Shown here: positions 63,641 to 64,000 of the stretch, one piece after another
How the letters are laid out: each line of letters starts with the position of its first letter
Position numbering within the stretch: position 1 is the first letter of the stretch
Origin: Octopus vulgaris
Lineage: Eukaryota
Length of the DNA: 64,000 nt
Assembly (NCBI GenBank): GCA_951406725.2
Contig: OX597822.1
Span: 24,118,001-24,182,000, forward strand
Direction: 5' to 3'
Notes under the pieces: generated by a model
The model's input: only the letters and a program-made list of their open reading frames with translations
Databases searched by the model: none
What the model was told of the DNA's origin: nothing
Made by a program: the position numbers and the translations under genes

Positions 63641-64000
63641 CACTAGACACATGGTTCTCATTAAAAAGTTTTATTCTTTTCCTTTGTAATACAATCATTA
63701 ATTATTTTTGCATTGGTAATTCTGATCAATGGTTCATTTGGGGAAAATGAAAATCAGTGTAAAAGAAAGCGCAAGTTTCTAGAAGTTAATCTGTCTGCAT
63801 AAAATAGAGTTAACGCTAGAATATTATTTGCACTAATGGCAAAACTAAACCCATAATAAGGGATTTGTAAACAACCGCATATTTAGTACAAACGGCACTA
63901 ACAGGGCAACGAGTCTACGATATAGTGTCAAATGATACGGTGGGGGGCTAGGGGATTTTGTGTTGGCGCCGTTATGTAAGGGGGTTTTTTTTTACACACG

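Overview
Repeat-dense, AT-rich metazoan genomic DNA. The SINE families and (TA)n/(CA)n load look like an octopus or other coleoid cephalopod (inference). The only host gene I can support is VAC14 (PIKfyve-complex scaffold) on the minus strand. It has 14 coding exons from the ATG at 61376 down to 12346 (1814 nt, 604 codons plus 2 nt), and the remaining 3' exons appear to lie left of the window. Two introns have U12-type GTATCCTTT donors. The introns are filled with tRNA-derived SINEs, a 5S-derived SINE, RTE and CR1-type LINE ends, a Penelope-like GIY-YIG element, piggyBac, Tc1/mariner and hAT remnants, Helitron-like elements and MITEs. The most notable unannotated signal is a set of minimal type I hammerhead ribozyme motifs from several different Penelope-like or fold-back elements. 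Two have intact cores and lie sense to the VAC14 pre-mRNA (7500-7589 and 34021-34103). One family appears to join a tRNA-like Pol III head to a hammerhead. Almost all ORFs in the supplied track are microsatellite or SINE artefacts. All alignments were done by eye and element boundaries are approximate.
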